30,837 nt of DNA, from the NCBI GenBank assembly GCA_019057635.1, contig DXJL01000118.1:1-30837 (forward strand). Direction: 5' to 3'. Made by a program: the position numbers and the translations under genes. This document shows positions 26,057-30,837 of this stretch, piece after piece. Numbering within the stretch: position 1 is the stretch's first letter; the number at the start of each line of letters is the position of its first letter. The notes under the pieces were generated by a model that saw nothing but the letters and a program-made list of their open reading frames with translations, ran no database searches and was not told the origin of the DNA. This DNA comes from Candidatus Heimdallarchaeota archaeon. GTDB taxonomy: Archaea; Asgardarchaeota; Heimdallarchaeia; Hodarchaeales; Hodarchaeaceae.

Positions 26057-26840
26057 CTATTTGTACACCTAATCCATATGTTTCAAATTCGTTTTTAATT
26101 CTATTTAGCTCTTTATCGGAAGGAGTTGCAAGCTGATTAGCAAATCGGTACGGACGGTTTAATCTTGGGTATTTTCCTTCACCTAATCGATTGTATGGGA
26201 GAATGTTTACCTTATCAATTGTTTGAAGCGATGAGGAAATAAATGTCCCAAGATCTTTAATATTAGTTTTGGTGTCTGTTACACCTGGTATAATAGGAAT
26301 TCTGATTATAACCGTCTCCTTCATAGAATCAAGATACTTTAAATTCTTAATTATCGATGTATTTGATACTCCTGTATATACTTGATGTTTTTCATCATTT
26401 ATGAACTTAAGATCATACAAATAAAGTTTTATTTTCCCTACTAATGACTTTATAACTTCTAATGGTCCAAAACCAGTTGTATCAATAGCTGTGTGAATTT
26501 TTTCTTTATTACTGTAAGTAAGAAGAGTCTCTAAAAATTCTGGCTGCATTAGCGGTTCTCCTCCTGATACAGTCACACCTCCCCCAGATTCATCATAGAA
26601 GATGATGTCTTTCCTTATTTCTTCCATTAGTTCAGAGATAGAGACAGTCTTTCCTACTATCTCTGTATCTGCAACATTCGGAAGAAGAATGGGTTCAGAC
26701 TCAGGATTTTGACTTTCTGGATTGTGACACCACCAACAGTTGAGGGGACACCCTTTAAAGAACACCGTTGTTCTGATACCTGGCCCATCATGCACTGCAA
26801 ACCGTTTAATGTCAAATATAGTACCCGAACGAGTATTCAT
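26049..26840 (-). CDS. Glycyl-radical enzyme activating enzyme (radical SAM)
   Basis: FDIKRFAVHDGPGIRTTVFFKGCPLNCWWCHNPE, GGVTVSGGEP, YDLK, RIPIIPG, LPYN.LG..KY; likely start ATG 26840 (ORF track 26900); overlaps the hypD start by 8 nt. Confidence 0.93.
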   Translation of the reverse strand: MNTRSGTIFDIKRFAVHDGPGIRTTVFFKGCPLNCWWCHNPESQNPESEPILLPNVADTEIVGKTVSISELMEEIRKDIIFYDESGGGVTVSGGEPLMQPEFLETLLTYSNKEKIHTAIDTTGFGPLEVIKSLVGKIKLYLYDLKFINDEKHQVYTGVSNTSIIKNLKYLDSMKETVIIRIPIIPGVTDTKTNIKDLGTFISSSLQTIDKVNILPYNRLGEGKYPRLNRPYRFANQLATPSDKELNRIKNEFETYGLGVQIGG

Positions 26841-26877
26841 GCCATGAAAAATAGTTCTTCCTTTACTTAAATTGATT

Positions 26878-26982
26878 TCAGCTTTCACGATATTCTGCAA
26901 AAATAAGGTTTTTTAAAAGGATACCAAGGACTAAGAAGATGAAAAGAAATTCCACTTTCCAGAATTTTCGTAAGAAATGCAT
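26878..26982 (-). CDS. Putative 34-aa single-TM small protein or signal-peptide remnant
   Basis: MHFLRKFWKVEFLFIFLVLGILLKNLIFAEYRES*: basic N-terminus plus hydrophobic core; stop lies 37 bp upstream of the activase ATG. Confidence 0.35.
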   Translation of the reverse strand: MHFLRKFWKVEFLFIFLVLGILLKNLIFAEYRES

Positions 26983-27101
26983 ATACCGATTCTTATCATC
27001 GAAGAAATAATAAGGTTTTCCACGGTAATAACGACAGTGAAGTAGCTATAGCGTAATAGGATGTAAGAAAAAAAGAGAAAAGAGGGGTAGTAAGAAAATT
27101 C

Positions 27102-27578
27102 CTACTTGAAATATCCTTTATTACCAAAAGAATACACTAAATACCCCATAATGGGTCCCCAGACCATATGACCCACTCCACTAATCATATTGACTAGTGA
27201 TAGGTCAAACAAAGGATCACCACTCATCATTGGCACCATCATCAGAGGTCCAACCATAAATACAAAAATTCCCCATACGAATCCAAATAAAAGTTGTTTG
27301 TTACGATTTTCGGGAGGGAAATAATCCTTTAGTAGTATAAGCAATATTCCAAATGTAATTCCTAGTATAATTGTTCCCATTACAGAGTGGAACATTAGTC
27401 CAACCATGACAGGATCTAAACCAATGTCACCCATCATACTCCCCATCATTTTGATCATCCCAAACATATCTGGGGGATCCATAGCCAAACCCTGCACAAT
27501 AAATACGATAATATACAAGAAGCCTGCTAATAATGCCGATAATAGTCCATAAACAAGAAAACGTAGTTTTTCTTCCAT
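27102..27578 (-). CDS. Met/His-rich 4-TM membrane protein
   Basis: MFGMIKMMGSMMG, GLMFHSVMG, LMMVPMM, GHMVWG; start ATG 27578 after GGTGA SD (ORF track 27590). Confidence 0.75.
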   Translation of the reverse strand: MEEKLRFLVYGLLSALLAGFLYIIVFIVQGLAMDPPDMFGMIKMMGSMMGDIGLDPVMVGLMFHSVMGTIILGITFGILLILLKDYFPPENRNKQLLFGFVWGIFVFMVGPLMMVPMMSGDPLFDLSLVNMISGVGHMVWGPIMGYLVYSFGNKGYFK

Positions 27579-27598
27579 AATAATCACCAAGACTTTTG

Positions 27599-27640
27599 AT
27601 TACGAATATTTCTTATCGTAATGTCTTGAGTATATTTAAG
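27599..27640 (-). promoter_or_regulatory. TATA box plus palindromic operator for the Met-rich membrane protein
   Basis: Minus-strand CTTAAATATA (27640-27631); ATTACGA-N10-TCGTAAT (27599-27622) over the expected TSS. Confidence 0.55.
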
Positions 27641-27769
27641 CTGTAATCTATGGTACTCATTTTCTTTGCCATACCAACATCGTAGATTTCTACGTTATAC
27701 GCAGTATCAGATTACGATTTAAAGAAAAAAGTATTTGAGAAACGAAAATATCTCTATCTCTCTCCAAGA

Positions 27770-28927
27770 TTACTTGCGTTTCCTTGTAATGAAGAGAGTT
27801 AGTATTCCAAAATGTACTGCATATGTGTAAGATGGAGTTCCTTGGGATGAGGTGGAGGGAGATGTTTCAGATGTCGTAGTCTCATCGAAAGTTGAAATAG
27901 TCGTCGTTTCATCTATAATCGAGGATGAGACTGAAAAAGCATCTCCGAGTGTAATAGAGTGATCAGTTTCATTAAATAGAAAAACTTCAATATCTGCAAT
28001 CACAACCCCAGCACTCTCTGTTACAGTTATATTACAATAATGAAAATCAGAGAAGTACACATCAGTATCCTGCCACTGAGATGTATCCCCATTCGTGTAT
28101 AGATCGGCTCCTGCTCCTCCAGTGGTTACATAGGTTATATCATTACGAATCGTACGATAATAATAATGATCATGACCAGAAAAGACTAAATCAACGCCAT
28201 ATTCCATTAAAATTGGATCAAGCACGGCTCGAATTTCTTGTGCATCATGAACACGACTTGAACTTCGAATAGAGTAACTAGGACGATGAAAAACTGCCAC
28301 AATAAAATCCAGCGTGTTACTTTCAAGATCGTTAATCAACCAATTACTTTGATTTGTCGTAATATCAAATGCCCCAGTCCATTCCTCTTCAGTGTTAATG
28401 AAAACAAAGTGAATCTGATTCACATAGTCAAAACTGTAATAGCGCTCATTCCCAGGTAATTCAACATTAGCTAAATAGGTAGAATAATCCTCATCTGGAT
28501 CTCCCCAGTCGTTTGGCCCTTCTGCGTACGTATACTTTTCATGGTTGCCTACAGCGTTGTAAATAGTAACATTTGCCTTTGTAGCATTTTCAATATCCTC
28601 ATAATAACGATTCCAATCATCTTGTTCCCCACCTGCATTAACTAAATCACCTGTATGAATAATAAATTCCATATTTGGATTATTTTCTACGACAGAAGTA
28701 ATTATTGCTGCACGAGTTGGATTACTGCTATTATCGTGAAAATATTTATCATTGTCATAATCCCACTCTCCGTGCTGTTGGCGGCTGTCACCCAACGCAA
28801 TAAAGTGCCATGAATTAGATGATGATTGAGTGGCGTTTTCTTGAATTTTGTTATCACCTAAAACGACAATCGATGAGAAAACTAGAGTAAAACCAAGTAG
28901 TAGAAAAATTGCCCCCTGTATTTTCAT
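27770..28927 (-). CDS. Secreted, C-terminally anchored calcineurin-like metallophosphoesterase (purple acid phosphatase-like)
   Basis: Signal peptide; LGDSR, HTGDLV, VGNHE, FHRP, FSGHDHYY, TGGAG; Thr/Ser linker, TPSY, short TM and RKRK tail. Confidence 0.9.
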   Translation of the reverse strand: MKIQGAIFLLLGFTLVFSSIVVLGDNKIQENATQSSSNSWHFIALGDSRQQHGEWDYDNDKYFHDNSSNPTRAAIITSVVENNPNMEFIIHTGDLVNAGGEQDDWNRYYEDIENATKANVTIYNAVGNHEKYTYAEGPNDWGDPDEDYSTYLANVELPGNERYYSFDYVNQIHFVFINTEEEWTGAFDITTNQSNWLINDLESNTLDFIVAVFHRPSYSIRSSSRVHDAQEIRAVLDPILMEYGVDLVFSGHDHYYYRTIRNDITYVTTGGAGADLYTNGDTSQWQDTDVYFSDFHYCNITVTESAGVVIADIEVFLFNETDHSITLGDAFSVSSSIIDETTTISTFDETTTSETSPSTSSQGTPSYTYAVHFGILTLFITRKRK

Positions 28928-28981
28928 TTTTATTCAATTAAACCTTAATCCCCTGAATTATTAATATAAGTTTGTACACTT

Positions 28982-30421
28982 TTACATAGTATCATAAATC
29001 TGACGGAAGTGTTCAATAGGAGGAGAACTACCCTCAGGTATAAGGGATTCATATGGAGTTTTACCTATTCGTTCTTTAAATTCTTGTTTCACTTTTCTGA
29101 CTAATTCGGAATTTTTCATTAACTCTTCGGTCGCTGAAGCTAGGACCTTTGCCGCATAAACCATTCCCTTATGACCAATACTCATCCCACAATTTGCAAC
29201 CATTTGCCATGAATGGCCGGGTGTTCCAAATGTGCTACATGTTGTCACAAATTGAGCTGTCGGAGTTACCCATGTTACATCGCCTACATCAGTTGATCCT
29301 CCGAGTGTGATTCCTCGACCAAAAATTGGATAAACGATGTCACAGATCGGCTTTTCTCTAAATTGTTCAGATAATTCTCGAATTTCTTGGGGATATACCG
29401 TAAGGGAATTATCAAAATAATTTTCAGGGAATGTTTCACGTATTTCATTCGCAAAATTGATTTCTTCTTCTGTATATTCTGGAATATTTATTTCAATCAT
29501 TTTTTTATGAAGGAGATCCTCTAATGTTTCATTAGGTAGCATGTTGGATGCTCCACCTAATATGATAGTTTCAAAGGATGTTTCGGTCATTAAAGCAGCG
29601 CCATTGGCAATATTAAGCACTCTTCTATATAAATCGTTTACCTGATCAAATTTAGGAGCTCGTACGAAGTACCAGACTTCCGCTTCTTCTGGGACGATGT
29701 TAGGAGCTTTTCCACCTTTTGTAATGACATAATGCAGTCTTGCATCAGATATAATATGTTCTCTTAGATAATTACATCCTACATTCATTAACTCTACCGC
29801 ATCTAGTGCAGACCTCCCATTAAAAGGGTCAGCCGCAGCATGGGCTGTCTGCCCTCGAAATTTGAACAAAACGTCTATTATGGCTTGAAAATTAAAACTC
29901 ACAACAGTATTTACATCACCTGGATGCCACGTTAAAGAAATGTCCACATCTTCAAATAAACCATCTTTCACCATCCATCCCTTTCCATTGGCGTTTTCTT
30001 CCGCAGGACAACCATAAAATTTTACCGTTCCAGCCAATTCCTTATTGATTATCTTCTCTTTAATTGCTAAAACTGCAGATAAGCAAGCAACTCCAAAAAG
30101 ATTGTGTCCACATCCGTGACCTGGCATATCTTTCTCTATCGGATGCTTTTGAGGGATTTTATCCTGACTCAGTCCCGGTAACGCGTCATATTCTGCAAGC
30201 AGGGCAATTACTGGTTTCTTAGTACCAAACGTCGCAATGAATGCAGTTGGCATGGAGGCAACGCTTCGTTCAATAGTAAATCCCTCTTGTTCCAAAATAT
30301 CGATAAGCAAATCTGATGACTTATATTCAAATAAGCCTAATTCAGCGAATTTCCAAATTTTATCGCTAATTTCTATGAATCTTGGTTGATTATTATCTAT
30401 CCATTCTATACTTGAATGCAT
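28982..30421 (-). CDS. abgB: M20 amidohydrolase, p-aminobenzoyl-glutamate hydrolase subunit B-like
   Basis: EYDALPGL, GHGCGHN, GCPAEE, WHP, AHAA..P..GRSALDA, APNIVP, GSTDVGDVTW..P, GHSWQ. Confidence 0.85.
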   Translation of the reverse strand: MHSSIEWIDNNQPRFIEISDKIWKFAELGLFEYKSSDLLIDILEQEGFTIERSVASMPTAFIATFGTKKPVIALLAEYDALPGLSQDKIPQKHPIEKDMPGHGCGHNLFGVACLSAVLAIKEKIINKELAGTVKFYGCPAEENANGKGWMVKDGLFEDVDISLTWHPGDVNTVVSFNFQAIIDVLFKFRGQTAHAAADPFNGRSALDAVELMNVGCNYLREHIISDARLHYVITKGGKAPNIVPEEAEVWYFVRAPKFDQVNDLYRRVLNIANGAALMTETSFETIILGGASNMLPNETLEDLLHKKMIEINIPEYTEEEINFANEIRETFPENYFDNSLTVYPQEIRELSEQFREKPICDIVYPIFGRGITLGGSTDVGDVTWVTPTAQFVTTCSTFGTPGHSWQMVANCGMSIGHKGMVYAAKVLASATEELMKNSELVRKVKQEFKERIGKTPYESLIPEGSSPPIEHFRQIYDTM

Positions 30422-30595
30422 GTAATGTGTCCACTCACAATATTTATTGATTACTAACTCAAAATCTAGATTTTTCTTGAGTAGTTAACGTGGCATCTTA
30501 AAGATTTTCTTAAAGATCAAAAAAAACGAAGCTTACAAAATTTTTATACCATATTAACGAACGAATGATTTTTTTCGCGTTGTCGTATAACCAAC

Positions 30596-30837
30596 CAGTA
30601 CTTCGTAACTATGGGAGAGGGTGATCTTCAGTAAATCTCGAAGAGGAAAGACTTAAATGTGGAGAAAAGCAATTGGTAGTCATTATGGACAAAATAAAAC
30701 TACCTCGCTTTCCACCACGGAAAGCACGAAATACACCAACCCTTATAACCTTTGTGGTACGCTGGTTAGATAAATTTCAGATCTTATTAAACCCGATCCC
30801 AAGTAGCTCACCTTTCAATATGAAAAATCGATTGAAA
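30596..30837 (+). mobile_element. Probable left end of an ISH3/IS701-like insertion sequence, truncated
   Basis: CAGTACTTCG at 30596 resembles ISH3/IS701-type terminal inverted repeats; an ORF starts 89 bp inside and runs off the window; second TIR not visible. Confidence 0.5.
30685..30837 (+). CDS. N-terminus of a putative transposase (partial, 51 codons)
   Basis: MDKIKLPRFPPRKARNTPTLITFVVRWLDKFQILLNPIPSSSPFNMKNRLK is open to the window end; function inferred only from the upstream TIR-like motif. Confidence 0.45.
   Translation, partial: MDKIKLPRFPPRKARNTPTLITFVVRWLDKFQILLNPIPSSSPFNMKNRLK

Noticed and set aside
27643-27715. tRNA gene (73-nt cloverleaf)
   Set aside because: No T-loop GTTCRA, no D-loop GG, 2-3-nt loops, no anticodon arm geometry
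3894-28272. Short antisense ORFs in the ORF track (3894, 6645, 9858, 10783, 12718, 13740, 14544, 15235, 15893, 17419, 18892, 22072, 22351, 25559, 28081)
   Set aside because: Each lies fully opposite a longer, better-supported gene and has no recognisable motifs
30426-30439. TGTG-N6-CACA matching the rbcL upstream palindrome
   Set aside because: Only 4-bp arms and it overlaps the ribosome-binding region of abgB; too weak to claim a shared regulon
1-30837. CRISPR array, rRNA/tRNA, Sec/Pyl read-through
   Set aside because: No regularly spaced repeats or RNA-gene consensus seen; recognised proteins end at expected lengths with no homology continuing past TGA/TAG

Overview
AT-rich archaeal window, most likely an Asgard archaeon (Heimdallarchaeia/Hodarchaeales-like). 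This is inferred from an archaeal/eukaryote-type TyrRS, a DGGGP synthase, a form III RuBisCO, GGTGA-type SD sites, TATA promoters and a Thr-rich linker/CTERM-type anchor. Both ends look like insertion-sequence termini: on the left, the 3' end of an IS607-type tnpB with an apparently intact omega-RNA (right end ...CAGAACGG at 194); on the right, an ISH3/IS701-like left end (CAGTACTTCG at 30596) followed by a truncated ORF. The window may therefore be a whole contig broken at repeats. The interior is a mosaic of heterotrophic and scavenging genes: Mesh1-like HD hydrolase, form III RuBisCO, an orphan amino-MTase with an aberrant catalytic motif (SCVY), a CDF exporter, TyrRS, a GH130 phosphorylase, a HAD phosphatase, two UbiA prenyltransferases, a bactofilin-like beta-helix protein, a BMP-type nucleoside ABC transporter, 4-hydroxybutyryl-CoA dehydratase, DsrE, the glycyl-radical hydroxyproline dehydratase HypD with a shortened activase, a surface metallophosphoesterase and an AbgB-like amidohydrolase. 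Two gene remnants are not in the ORF track: a frameshifted MBL-fold hydrolase fragment, and a class III aminotransferase reduced to its two termini by an internal deletion. No CRISPR array, rRNA or tRNA was seen. All calls come from motif recognition only; no database searches were run.
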